The notes under the pieces are model-generated. The model was not told the DNA's origin. It was given only the letters and a program-made list of their open reading frames with translations, and did not search any database. 38,392 bases of DNA, taken from IMG/VR virus record IMGVR_UViG_3300044724_000815, positions 1-38,392 of that record, one strand, 5' to 3'. Each line of letters opens with the position of its first letter. Within the stretch, counting starts at the first letter, position 1. Positions 25,401-35,024 of the stretch are shown here, piece after piece. The position numbers and the translations under genes are program-made. Source of the DNA: a virus (taxonomy: Duplodnaviria; Caudoviricetes).

Positions 25401-26970
25401 AACTATCTTTTACATATAATAATTTTTCTTTAAATGTTTTTGTTCCCTCTGGTGTTTCTATTTTTACTGTTTTACGTTTAGGTTTAGATGCTTTGAATAC
25501 TCCTGGTATTTCTTCAGATACATCTTCAAAATTTTCTCTTAACTGTCTTTTTAACATTGTTGTAGATGCTTTTTTACCTGCTGAACCTTTAATAAATTGA
25601 TTAGTATTTATAAAAGTAGAACCATCATCTTTTGTAGAATTAGCTAGTTGTTGTATAATTCTACCTAATTTAGCATTTTTACCTTTACTATTTTTAAGAG
25701 AAGATGCTATATCTTGAGCATGTACTATATCATATTGATTAAATAATGCATCAGGGTTATATTGTTCTTTATATTTTCTAGCTGTTAAATCTACCATGTT
25801 ACCTTCTAAATCAAAAGCATCTACTTTTTCAACAGGAGCTTTAGATTTAATTTGTTCAATTTCTGTTATTTTTCCTGTTTTATCATCTACTTTACCAGAA
25901 CCATAAGAAAGAATACTTTTTACAGGATTAATATTACTTCGTAAAGATACTTCTTCTGCAACTGCATTAGTTACAGGTCCTGCTTGTTTTCTTGTTTTTT
26001 GTTCTTGTTTTACTAAATCAAGTTCTTCAATATCATCAAATATTTTATTTACTTTTTTGGCAGCTTCTTTTGCTGTGGTTCTTCCTAAATATTCAGAAAG
26101 TTTTACTCCACCAAAAGCTGCTCCACCACCTAATGCAGCACCAAATCCTGTTGATAAAGCTGCTTGTAAAAAACTAATATCATCTTGTTTACCAATATCA
26201 ACTAATGTGTCTTGTCTAGCTATATCTGCAGCACCTCCATAAAGTCCACCTTCAACAGCAAATAATGTGCCTTGATTTCTAGCAACTGTTTTAGCTGCAG
26301 CTTTTCTTGCAGCAGCTCCTTTTAATCCTTCTGCTTGTGCTTTTTTTAATGCTTCTTTTAATGAAAATTTAGCTGCAGCTTTAACACCTTCTGCACCAAA
26401 TTGTCTAGCTATACCTCCTGCTCCTAATGTAAGAGCTGTAGGTATAACAAAAGTAGGGTCAGTAAGCATATGTTTAATAAATCTACCTGTACCTCCTAAA
26501 CTTATTGGTAGTTCACCATATAAATCTATTGCATCACCCCATGCTTTTTTAGTAGCATCATCAAAGCTATCAGCTTGAGAAGCAGTTTTAATTGTATTAG
26601 TTAAATCATATTCAAATGCTGCAGTTCTATTTAATAACCATTTAGCTACTGCAGAGTCAGGACCTCTAAACTCTTTACCCTCATCATTTTTATATATTTG
26701 TTTAGCTGCATTTATCCAACGAGAATCTCCTAACAAAGTTTTGCTAGTTACTTCATCTTGCTTATCTAATACTTCTTGTTGTGAAACAGGTTGCTCAGTA
26801 GTCTTTGGAATATTATCAAATATTCCTGGAGCAAAAGGTTGAAAAAATTCTGGTGTTGGTCCAAAATCTATATCTTTATATTCAGATTTAGGTTGTGGTT
26901 GAATAGGTTGAGTTGCAAATACAGGACTACCACCAGAAAAATCAATATCTTTATAAGAATTTTTTGACAT
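22474..26970 (-). CDS. large internal virion/ejection protein with a methyltransferase-like insert
   Basis: 1498 aa; position equivalent to T7 gp16; Ala/Gly-rich helical N-part; SAM motif-like segment. Confidence 0.7.
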   Translation of the reverse strand: MSKNSYKDIDFSGGSPVFATQPIQPQPKSEYKDIDFGPTPEFFQPFAPGIFDNIPKTTEQPVSQQEVLDKQDEVTSKTLLGDSRWINAAKQIYKNDEGKEFRGPDSAVAKWLLNRTAAFEYDLTNTIKTASQADSFDDATKKAWGDAIDLYGELPISLGGTGRFIKHMLTDPTFVIPTALTLGAGGIARQFGAEGVKAAAKFSLKEALKKAQAEGLKGAAARKAAAKTVARNQGTLFAVEGGLYGGAADIARQDTLVDIGKQDDISFLQAALSTGFGAALGGGAAFGGVKLSEYLGRTTAKEAAKKVNKIFDDIEELDLVKQEQKTRKQAGPVTNAVAEEVSLRSNINPVKSILSYGSGKVDDKTGKITEIEQIKSKAPVEKVDAFDLEGNMVDLTARKYKEQYNPDALFNQYDIVHAQDIASSLKNSKGKNAKLGRIIQQLANSTKDDGSTFINTNQFIKGSAGKKASTTMLKRQLRENFEDVSEEIPGVFKASKPKRKTVKIETPEGTKTFKEKLLYVKDSLMSPRGTLQKYFSNDAGLGDDIGKAYRDKVAAGKRTQRTITNNVAKLEKALKKSYGSVNNVGPRITEQINQGLAGKNWNVKDLDDNLINTVNELRQSIDDLQNDLLDSGAVSGDLKSKIELSRSKDSQGKPLENMAFYLNRSYEFFDNPKYKASPESLQNAFDFFKNQFSETDKRYGNILDKKNLKKQLTDAELKIIDDYENPNTGKISGVINSILKTSGNDVDVFEHLSQSIDNVINNNKGARDSYKKALKTLTQKKTIDPVIKALLGESTDPINNYTKTMSKLGQIMDQHNFAKSIRLAAEDPSLNVPIKISTSPVGKFAQEISEIDTLKAPDVSGLDNPLKGLYTTQEFAEMLAHGNEISPYQGGVYKNFLIAKAATQIAKTAYSPVSIARNFLGSSLLALANGYTSPRAIIQAKKAFRAIGDAPKTDVEKEIQKGIKLGYLDSDARAQAFIELSKDIDFDNYFARGELGKKFSKKFGKLNDKTLKTYQSMDNFWKWFGFLNEKNRQQQILIDKGLNPNEVVETFRVGGEQVPITRLDIAASDMIRQNMHNYGETAKGVKMARRLIFGDFIAFKTEMIRSSKNILKNGIKDYFEGARQMRLGEQATDALGRPTNKLKGQAQRDAGARRLAGFTAATAGSSGLTYGSAELSGLNDYVFGTDITKKQAIEYFDPDYAKGNEYVYLGDVKDGKGLRLNFGYIDPFTLFKAPLANVLDNFTTEENALRALDNSYKDVTQKFLNNFGFSMLTQALIEAGTGIGEKGEELSAAQRAGAIIDAFVPGVYNTAEKLAQASVYERDKYGFEKPLDREIFNLTGLSIQEYDINKSLPFMTNRIARDMNSAGAEYNKLFKDYRGTSPNKFLEYYNDSQEIKYRAAQDLFQVINRARELGLNDNQIMRAVTKKGLFKKNYSPDFIRAMVKKGLFKADKPITNNLRKWSILTKQQETLKPIKDNLFRIYSGYNNKPLDVYKKEKE

Positions 26971-29160
26971 TTATTTTAATAATTTATTTATTATTCTATC
27001 TTCAACACCAGGATATGCTCTTTTAAATCTTTTAATATTTGCTTCACTTGGATTTTCTATTAAAAGTTGTATTTTATCTGGGTCAATATTAGCTAATGCT
27101 CTAGCACCATATGTATCTATTTTATATTGTTTTTGAAGATTTACTACTTTATCACGATATTGATTTAATTTTAATCTATCCTTATCTGATACTGGTCTAA
27201 AACCATCAGGAGTTTGAATTAAATACTCACCATTTTCCTCATTAAATCTCATTCCTAAATCAGTAGCTAATGCTTTCTTTATAGTTTCTAAATCTGAACC
27301 ACTAACTTCACCATCTTTTTCCATTTGTCTATCTATTTTTCCAAGCTCTAATTTATAATTTAATCCAAATCTTCTCTTATCTTCTGCTGCTGTATCTGCT
27401 GCTGCTTTTCTATCAAATGCAAGTTTCTCTGCTGCAATTTTTCTTTGCTCTTCAGATAACTCTCTAGAAGCTCTATCTTTAGTAATATCATACTTTAATC
27501 TTGCTTCATCTAACTCACCTCTTTGTAAATCTTTTTCTATAGCTTTTCTTTCTTTTCTAAACTTATCACTTGTTCCTACAAAAGCATCAACATTATCACC
27601 TGCAGTTCCTATAGCTTTTTGTAGTATATTACCTTCACCACCTTTAGTAGCAAACTGTGCAAAGGCTTTAGCCATGTTAGCCATCTGTGCTCTATATTCA
27701 GAATCTTTAGATTCAGCTTTTTCTGTTTTTGCTGTATCTTTATATTTACTATATAAACTTTTTAATCCTTCTTCTTCTGCTTGTATAGCTTGTTCTCTTA
27801 GTTGAGCTTTTGTTGGAGCAGGAGGTCCTTGTTCAGGTCCTGTTTCTTTTTTTAAACTTGATAATCCACCTTCAGGTAAAGAAGGACCTTGAACAGGTTT
27901 ATTTTTTTGTGCTTCTATAAGTCTTTCTCTTTCTTTATTTTTTCTTATAGCTTCTGTAACACCACCAAAATCATCAACACCTAAGTTTTGTTGTTGTAAT
28001 TGTTGTTTTATAAGAGCATCTTCAATACTTAAATTATCTTCTTCATCTTCAAGTTTTACTCTATCTTGCACAGGTTGTAAACCCATAGTTCCTGCAATAG
28101 GACTTGTATCTCCTAAAATATCTTGAAATCTACCAGATAATCTTTGACCTAATGTTAAATTTTCTGTTCCTTGTTGTGCTTGTATAACAGGAAAGTCAGG
28201 CATTAAACCTGCAATACCACCACCAGTTTGACCTTTAGCTAAACCTATAGCAGCTAATGGATTATTACCTGTAAAAGCTCCATATAATCCTGCAGCAGTA
28301 CCTGCACCACCTATTAATGTTTGTCCTAATGAAGGACCTGGAGGAGCAGGAGGTGCATATTGTGTTGAACCTAATGGTGCACCTGTTACAACTGATTGAT
28401 ACTTACTCATTGCATCATAAGGTTCTTGTTTTTCTAATTGAAATTGTCTATAAGCTTCATCAAGTGCAGTCTGTGCTTGTCTTTGTTTTGTTTCCCCAAC
28501 AGTTTGTTGAGCACCTAATTCTTTTAATTGAGTAGATAAAGCAGTAGGAGCTATATTAGCTAACTGTGTAGCACCTTGTCCTTGTCTAAGTCTTTCAGCT
28601 TCTAATGCTGCTCTTGCATCTTTAAATGCTGCAGCACTACCTTTAGCTTGTATATCACCTAACATTCTTTGTTGGTCTCCTAGAGCTTGTGCTTCTAATA
28701 ATGTACCTCTAGTACCACCAAATGAACCTTGAGCTACTTGTGCTGCTCTTAGTTTAGGTAATACATTTTGTTCAAAAGCTTTTTGTGATTCTCTTTTTTC
28801 TATGTCAGTTACAGCTTGTTGATAAGGAGACATAGCTTCTTGTAGTTGTTCTCCTGTAATAGCTCCTGCAGCATCTCTTGTCATTTGTTCTGCTTCAGCA
28901 AACTTAGGTGCTACTTGTCCTTGTAGTCCTGCTATACCTGCAAAGGTTGCTTCTTGTTCTGGAGTATATTGAGCAATGGTTGGACCTTCATAAGGTTTAT
29001 AACCTTCATCTACTCTTTTATTATAAAGAGCCTGTGCCTTACTTAATATATCTGTATAATAAGGTGCTAATTGTTTTGGTATTTCTGTTGTTGTTATTGC
29101 TTGAGGAGCACCTACAGGAGTAGCTCCTTGACCTCCTAATATTGAAGAAAATAAACTCAT
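26971..29160 (-). CDS. internal virion/ejection protein
   Basis: Q/A-rich, GSFGGTRG motif, coiled coils; position. Confidence 0.7.
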   Translation of the reverse strand: MSLFSSILGGQGATPVGAPQAITTTEIPKQLAPYYTDILSKAQALYNKRVDEGYKPYEGPTIAQYTPEQEATFAGIAGLQGQVAPKFAEAEQMTRDAAGAITGEQLQEAMSPYQQAVTDIEKRESQKAFEQNVLPKLRAAQVAQGSFGGTRGTLLEAQALGDQQRMLGDIQAKGSAAAFKDARAALEAERLRQGQGATQLANIAPTALSTQLKELGAQQTVGETKQRQAQTALDEAYRQFQLEKQEPYDAMSKYQSVVTGAPLGSTQYAPPAPPGPSLGQTLIGGAGTAAGLYGAFTGNNPLAAIGLAKGQTGGGIAGLMPDFPVIQAQQGTENLTLGQRLSGRFQDILGDTSPIAGTMGLQPVQDRVKLEDEEDNLSIEDALIKQQLQQQNLGVDDFGGVTEAIRKNKERERLIEAQKNKPVQGPSLPEGGLSSLKKETGPEQGPPAPTKAQLREQAIQAEEEGLKSLYSKYKDTAKTEKAESKDSEYRAQMANMAKAFAQFATKGGEGNILQKAIGTAGDNVDAFVGTSDKFRKERKAIEKDLQRGELDEARLKYDITKDRASRELSEEQRKIAAEKLAFDRKAAADTAAEDKRRFGLNYKLELGKIDRQMEKDGEVSGSDLETIKKALATDLGMRFNEENGEYLIQTPDGFRPVSDKDRLKLNQYRDKVVNLQKQYKIDTYGARALANIDPDKIQLLIENPSEANIKRFKRAYPGVEDRIINKLLK

Positions 29161-29161
29161 A

Positions 29162-31195
29162 CTATACTCCTTGTGCCATTGGTCTTAACGCAGATAATCC
29201 ATTTATTTCATTAGGTTGTTGCGTTGAACCATATGCTTTTTTTCTAACTTGTTTTATTGTATCATCCATAACTCTTGCTCCTTCTGCAGGATTACCATTG
29301 CCTAATGCTGCCATTGTATAACTATCAACTACATACTCACTAGGACTTACTGCTAATGTTCCTACTTGTTCTCTTCCTTCTTTAATAGGCATGTAAACAT
29401 TATCTTCCATACCTCCCCCTTGACCAGGAACCATACCACTAAATTCACCACCTTGAGCTAATTGTACTAAGCCACCTTCTTTAGCAAATCCTAAAGAACT
29501 TCCTATAGTTTGTCCTATTTGTTCAGGACTTGCTCCTTGAAAATCTGAATCATTAGCAGGTGCAAAAGAAGTTCTAGCTAAAAATTGATTACGACCTCCA
29601 CCTAATGCTCTAGATAATATATCTGATGCTGTTAAATTACTAATAACACCACTTGAATCTCTTATAACTCTTTGTGTTCCAAAGCCACTAGGATAAGATA
29701 CTGAATAACCTGCGTTTGCTAATTGTTGGTCTTCTGCAGCTTGTTCTGCTGCTTTTTGTGCATTACTTGCATCTACCATTGAAGAACCTATATCTGCAGT
29801 TAATACATCTTTACCTAAATTCATTAAGGCACCTTTATCAAAACTACCTAGCCCACTATATCTATCTTTAAGTCCAGTTACTACTGCATCTTTAGCATTA
29901 CCTAATTTAGATACAAATGTTTGTTTAACAGGTGCTCCTGCTTGTGCTGCTCGTAATATTTCTTGGTCTTTTACTACATTTAATGGAGTTTTTGTAGGTG
30001 TAAAAGCAGAGGTATTTACATTTCTTTGCATAATATCTATTGGTTGTGGTGATGTATAAGAACTTGTAACAGGTGCTCCTGATATAGCTTGTTCTACTGC
30101 AGGACTTGTTTGTGTAACAGCTTGTCCATATTTAGCATCTGCTATATTTCCACTACTTCCAAGACCACGTGAATCAACTCCTTTAGTAGTAAGTTCTGGT
30201 ATTTCTGTACTTGCTTGAAATGAAGAAGGTGATTGTCCCATATTTGCTGCAGCTTGATAAGAATCTCCTGCTCCTGGAGGTAATGATGGAGTTTGACCAC
30301 TTATAAATTCTTTACCTGCCATCTTATTACCTATACCTTTTGTAAGACCTGCAGTAGCACCAGTTATTAATGCAGCTTTTGCAGCATCTTTAAAGTTTCT
30401 ACCTGCTACTAAGTTACCTGCTAAAGAACCAAGACCTGATGTTAATGCAGCAGCTCCTATAGAACTACCACCTAAGAAACCTGCTAGTCCTGTTCCTGCA
30501 GCTCCTGCAGCTCCTACTGTACCCATACCTGCTGCTGCAGCTAAATGAGGTAAAGCATATGGAGCAGCTATAGCTAATGCAATAGGTGCTATTGTTTTAA
30601 ATGCTTTTGAACCTGCAATTCTTTTTACACCTTTAGCTATACCTCTAGGTATACTTGTAATTTTTCTAAATGCTTTTCTTAAACTAAAAGCTTCTGGTAA
30701 ACCAGTAATAGGATTATAAGTAATAGTACCTAAAGAAGCAAGCCCTTCCAATTCTTCAGGATTCATATGTACTAATAAATTATCACCTTCTCTACCTAAT
30801 GATGCTAAACCTTTAGCAGCTTCTTGTAACTCAGCTACTTCACTTTCATATTGTTGTATTTCTTCAGGTGCTAAATTTTGTAATTGTTCTTGTGCTATTG
30901 CAGATGTATTTTGTCTTTGAGCCATTTCTTGTTGCATCTCTGGAGACATTTCAGGTTGTTGTTGCATCATCTGTTCTTGCATCATAGCTTGTTCCATTCC
31001 ACCACCTTCTTGCATAGGCACAGTTACTTGAGGTAACATGTTTAAACCACTTGTCATAGGTTGTGGTTGTCTTTGTGATTGCATATATTGCATTGCATTA
31101 AGGGTATCATTATAATCTGGACTTGATATATCATTTCCAAATTGTTGAAAATCTTGCAAGGTTGCAGATTGTGGAAGGGCATTAGGGTTCATCAT
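29162..31195 (-). CDS. internal virion/DNA pilot-like protein
   Basis: GDNLLVHMNPEE..NPITGLPE motif; long Gly/Ala hydrophobic stretch; C-terminal G.G..D..SEYVV. Confidence 0.65.
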   Translation of the reverse strand: MMNPNALPQSATLQDFQQFGNDISSPDYNDTLNAMQYMQSQRQPQPMTSGLNMLPQVTVPMQEGGGMEQAMMQEQMMQQQPEMSPEMQQEMAQRQNTSAIAQEQLQNLAPEEIQQYESEVAELQEAAKGLASLGREGDNLLVHMNPEELEGLASLGTITYNPITGLPEAFSLRKAFRKITSIPRGIAKGVKRIAGSKAFKTIAPIALAIAAPYALPHLAAAAGMGTVGAAGAAGTGLAGFLGGSSIGAAALTSGLGSLAGNLVAGRNFKDAAKAALITGATAGLTKGIGNKMAGKEFISGQTPSLPPGAGDSYQAAANMGQSPSSFQASTEIPELTTKGVDSRGLGSSGNIADAKYGQAVTQTSPAVEQAISGAPVTSSYTSPQPIDIMQRNVNTSAFTPTKTPLNVVKDQEILRAAQAGAPVKQTFVSKLGNAKDAVVTGLKDRYSGLGSFDKGALMNLGKDVLTADIGSSMVDASNAQKAAEQAAEDQQLANAGYSVSYPSGFGTQRVIRDSSGVISNLTASDILSRALGGGRNQFLARTSFAPANDSDFQGASPEQIGQTIGSSLGFAKEGGLVQLAQGGEFSGMVPGQGGGMEDNVYMPIKEGREQVGTLAVSPSEYVVDSYTMAALGNGNPAEGARVMDDTIKQVRKKAYGSTQQPNEINGLSALRPMAQGV

Positions 31196-31407
31196 TTTTT
31201 TATTCCTCTTGGATTCATATAGTTGGATTGTGGTTTTGTATTATCTGCTATAAAGTTACTACTATTATACACTATTTTTTTAGAGTTAGCTATAGGTTCT
31301 ACCTTTTGTTGTAAAGAAAAATGGTTAGGTAATACAGCTTTACCTGTATTTAAATTACCTAAAAAGGTACTACCATAAACATAATCAAAGTATTTTTTAT
31401 CAGTCAT
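31192..31407 (-). CDS. hypothetical late protein
   Basis: 71-aa ORF coupled to its neighbours. Confidence 0.6.
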   Translation of the reverse strand: MTDKKYFDYVYGSTFLGNLNTGKAVLPNHFSLQQKVEPIANSKKIVYNSSNFIADNTKPQSNYMNPRGIKK

Positions 31408-31561
31408 TAATTATCTCTAGTATTTTTTCTCTTTGTTTTAAAATTTCTTTTTGTTGTAGCATAATTTGTTCTCTTTGTTTTAATATATATTCTTTATTTA
31501 CAATATTATTTTCTTCTTGTATTACTTTATCTTTAGGAAATATAATTATATTATCAGTCAT
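31400..31561 (-). CDS. hypothetical protein (53 aa, below cutoff)
   Basis: MTDNIIIFPK..ILKQRE repeated twice; TAATG coupling; fills the gap. Confidence 0.6.
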   Translation of the reverse strand: MTDNIIIFPKDKVIQEENNIVNKEYILKQREQIMLQQKEILKQREKILEIIND

Positions 31562-31854
31562 TAATTTAAATCATGCCATGATGTTTCAGAAGCTAAACTT
31601 ACATATCCTTTAAACTTACCAGTTGATGCTGAATAAGCTATATCACCTGCTTGTGGATTTGTAATATTAGTAACAGTAGTAACTGTAAATATTTTTGTTG
31701 ATGGTCTACTATCTACTTGTACATCTCTAGTATTTAATTCATTAATTAAAGTAGAACCCCATTTTTCCATTAATATATATAGCTGTCTTAATTCTTCATT
31801 CTCTTGCATTTGATAACCATATAGCTTAGGTATAAGTGGATACTGTTGTGCCAT
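31561..31854 (-). CDS. small tail-associated protein
   Basis: P.AGDIAY..GKFKGY..W motif; follows the tail stabilisation gene. Confidence 0.6.
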   Translation of the reverse strand: MAQQYPLIPKLYGYQMQENEELRQLYILMEKWGSTLINELNTRDVQVDSRPSTKIFTVTTVTNITNPQAGDIAYSASTGKFKGYVSLASETSWHDLN

Positions 31855-33719
31855 TATCTTTTACCATCTGGTTGTATAGCTAAACGAATTGACCCCCATC
31901 TCCAACTCGTGTTAGCTGAATTACAAGATACTCTTACTCTCCCTTGCCTTCCTCTTGCTCTCATATCTATTTTAACTGTAGTATTACTTACTGTATGTGG
32001 TGGTGCAGGTTTTTCTGTTTCAGTAGAACTTTCAGGAAAGTCTTTTGTTTTAATTGAAAAAGTTAATGCACCATCATTAATTGTAAAGTCAGGTATTACT
32101 CTAGATAAAAACATAATATCATTTCCATCTGCCATATCAAAATCTGCTGACTCTATAAATGAAGACATTGGTTGTCCACTTTCTGTATATAAACCATCAG
32201 GTTCATTGTTATATAAATTATTACCTGCTACTGTTACACCTGTTGTTATTGTATTTCCAAATACTGTTTTATCTGCAAAGGTTGTAAAGATACTAGAACC
32301 ATATGTCCAGTAACCTTCATTAGGTGAATAGATAACATAACTATCACATTCATCAGAATCTGTAGAAGGATACAACCAAATTACTTCTTTAAACTCAGAA
32401 TTAATTCCACAAAATATTTTATCTTTTTGGTCTTGATTTAATCTATCAAATATAAATCTTCTTACAGTACAATCTAAATTTTTAACTTGACCATCAAACA
32501 TATAAAAGTTATCATGCCCCATCCATACTGTTGTACCATCATAATCAACTGCAGCATGTGGAGCTATTAATCCACAGTTACTACCTAGTTGATTAAAACT
32601 AAATGTAAAAGGTGGTCCAACAAAAGTCATAGTCCATAGTGAATTATCTGTCCATATGTTAATAGCATTTCTACTTCTTACTCCACCTATTATTTGTGTA
32701 CCATCTGTTAATACATTTTCTCCTGCTGTAGAACTTAATGAAGGAACCCAGTTAGTTAAGTCTTCTTGATTAGACCATTTAACTAACATAGGTTCAAAGG
32801 TTCCATTAGGGTCTGCAGTTGTGTTAAATTGATTTGCTCCTAAACAAATTAAATGTCTATCATTAGGAGAAACTATAACAGAGTTTACAGTTGTTGGTGT
32901 TGAGTTAGTAGCACCTGAAACTAATGTAGCTCTAGTAGGACTTGTTGATGCATCTGTATCAAAAAGATAAATAGAACTACCTCTTCTATTTGCTACAATA
33001 TCTTCACCAAAGTTATCTAAACTCCATTGTGTTATCTGACTAGCAAAGTCACTAGCACCTACTGATGTAGGTCTATTCCATGCTCTTCCTTCTGCAACAC
33101 TTACACCTGCATTATAAGAACCTGCACCATAACCTACATCTGTTACAGCATTATCTACACCACTACCTAATAAGTAATGTATTGTTCCACCACCTGTAGA
33201 TGATTGAGCAGCACTAGATGTAGTAGCTACTGATAAAGCAAATGTATTTGCATTAATAACACTTACAGGATATGTTGTTGTTCCTAATAATATATTACCA
33301 CCAATGGTAGTAGAACTTGTAAAGAAAACAAAATCACCTGTTGCTCTACCATGTGCTGTTGCTGATACTGTTACTGTATTAGAACTAATAGCACAACTAA
33401 AAGAACTAGCTAATGTTGTACTTGCAGATACAGGAGTAATATCAAATATCTGGTCACCATTATGTTCATATAACATTTGAGCAGTACCAAAAGCTGCTCT
33501 TTTAAATTGATTATTATCTGACCATGTAATTAAATCTCTTGCTGCACCATTAAATGTAGCAGATACTTTTGTTGCATAACCACCTATATTCTCTGGTTTA
33601 CCTGCTCTGAAACGTACTTTATCAACATCATACCATGCACCTTTTTCTGCATACTGTGTTGATTCTCTAAAGATTCCAGGCTTGAAATCCATCTTTACTA
33701 ATTTAGAACTTGTTGACAT
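31854..33719 (-). CDS. tail tubular/stabilisation protein (P22 gp10/T7 gp12-like)
   Basis: KVRFR.G.PE.IGG, WSLDNFGED, WS.QE..W, RARGRQ..WR.G..DG.R; beta-rich. Confidence 0.75.
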   Translation of the reverse strand: MSTSSKLVKMDFKPGIFRESTQYAEKGAWYDVDKVRFRAGKPENIGGYATKVSATFNGAARDLITWSDNNQFKRAAFGTAQMLYEHNGDQIFDITPVSASTTLASSFSCAISSNTVTVSATAHGRATGDFVFFTSSTTIGGNILLGTTTYPVSVINANTFALSVATTSSAAQSSTGGGTIHYLLGSGVDNAVTDVGYGAGSYNAGVSVAEGRAWNRPTSVGASDFASQITQWSLDNFGEDIVANRRGSSIYLFDTDASTSPTRATLVSGATNSTPTTVNSVIVSPNDRHLICLGANQFNTTADPNGTFEPMLVKWSNQEDLTNWVPSLSSTAGENVLTDGTQIIGGVRSRNAINIWTDNSLWTMTFVGPPFTFSFNQLGSNCGLIAPHAAVDYDGTTVWMGHDNFYMFDGQVKNLDCTVRRFIFDRLNQDQKDKIFCGINSEFKEVIWLYPSTDSDECDSYVIYSPNEGYWTYGSSIFTTFADKTVFGNTITTGVTVAGNNLYNNEPDGLYTESGQPMSSFIESADFDMADGNDIMFLSRVIPDFTINDGALTFSIKTKDFPESSTETEKPAPPHTVSNTTVKIDMRARGRQGRVRVSCNSANTSWRWGSIRLAIQPDGKR

Positions 33720-33726
33720 TTAAATC

Positions 33727-34647
33727 CTAATCAAAGTTTTTTAATAATGCTGCGTCTATTGTTGTTGCACTTCTTGTGCTATATAATAATATATCTACAT
33801 CTGCTGCACCTGTACTTAATGTTGGTGCTGCTCCAGATACAAATTGATAAGCAGAGTTATAAGATAATGTTCTACTACCTGTTCCATCTTGTATAACATA
33901 TATCTGTCCTGTTTGTCCTGCTACTGCATTAGTAGGTGCTGCTAATGTTCTATTACCACCTATAGTAACTAAAAAGTTATTACCTAATGCAAAGTCTACT
34001 GCTATACTTGCAGCATCTGTTAATGTTGTTATTGGGTTATATGCTCTAGCAGATGTTCCTACTTTTAATGAACCTGCTTCTACTACAAAGTCTCCACGTA
34101 CAGTTGTATTAGCTGTTACTGAACTTCTTACATATCTTGCATCAGCTATAGATACATCAGGTACATCTGTTGTTCCTGTTCCTACATCTGCAGAAGCTGC
34201 TGTACCAAATCCTTGTCCTTTTGTATTAGTTGCAAAGACACTTGTACCATCACAAATAACTAAACCTATTGCACCAAAAGGAACTGTATATCCTGTACCA
34301 CTTGCTGTTTTAATTTTAACTATATCTGATGCTGTTGTATTTGCAGATACTTTATTATTAATAACATAACCTTTAGATTGAGCAGGTATTATCATTGAGA
34401 TAGTATTATGAGAACCACCTACTGAACCTTTTAATTCTATAAAAGCATTACGTGGTACATCACTTGCACCATCTACTGCTGATAATGTTACTGTAGCTGC
34501 TGCTCCTAATTCTACTGTTGTATAACCTGCAATGGCATCATCTACTAAACTTATCATACCATCATTTAATACAGTACCCCAAGTATTTGGATTATCTCCA
34601 TCACCTTGTTTTACTAATCTTAGTCTACTTGTATATGTTGATGACAT
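33727..34647 (-). CDS. tail fibre/needle-like protein
   Basis: MSSTY..L..G.N..TWG..N N-terminus; C-terminal QDGTGSRTL..PTLST..D domain. Confidence 0.7.
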   Translation of the reverse strand: MSSTYTSRLRLVKQGDGDNPNTWGTVLNDGMISLVDDAIAGYTTVELGAAATVTLSAVDGASDVPRNAFIELKGSVGGSHNTISMIIPAQSKGYVINNKVSANTTASDIVKIKTASGTGYTVPFGAIGLVICDGTSVFATNTKGQGFGTAASADVGTGTTDVPDVSIADARYVRSSVTANTTVRGDFVVEAGSLKVGTSARAYNPITTLTDAASIAVDFALGNNFLVTIGGNRTLAAPTNAVAGQTGQIYVIQDGTGSRTLSYNSAYQFVSGAAPTLSTGAADVDILLYSTRSATTIDAALLKNFD

Positions 34648-34656
34648 TTATTTCTC

Positions 34657-34947
34657 CTATTCAAATATAAATTCTTGTTGACCACCTATGAGACCACAAG
34701 TGATTTTGTCTGTTCCTGTTATCATAATTAACCAATTACCTTTATTTTTATTAGTATATAATTCTATAATACTATTATTAGAGGTTACTGAAAAAGCTGT
34801 TCTAGTAAGAGCTAATCTATTTTCTAAATCATAAACTGCAAAGTCTCTGTCTGCACATACATAAGTTGTTGTAAGTTTTCTATTTATAAACTCATTACTA
34901 AAAGATATACTAGTAATAAAAAATAATAGTATTACTAGATACTTCAT
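34657..34947 (-). CDS. secreted hypothetical protein
   Basis: signal peptide, two Cys; AGGAG SD. Confidence 0.65.
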   Translation of the reverse strand: MKYLVILLFFITSISFSNEFINRKLTTTYVCADRDFAVYDLENRLALTRTAFSVTSNNSIIELYTNKNKGNWLIMITGTDKITCGLIGGQQEFIFE

Positions 34948-35024
34948 TAGTTATCACACTCACAAAGTTTACCAAATAATCTTTTCTTAAATTTTTTATA
35001 AAAATCTTTTATTCTATCTAACAT
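34947..35024 (-). CDS. miniprotein (25 aa)
   Basis: MLDRIKDFYKKFKKRLFGKLCECDN; overlaps both neighbours. Confidence 0.5.
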   Translation of the reverse strand: MLDRIKDFYKKFKKRLFGKLCECDN

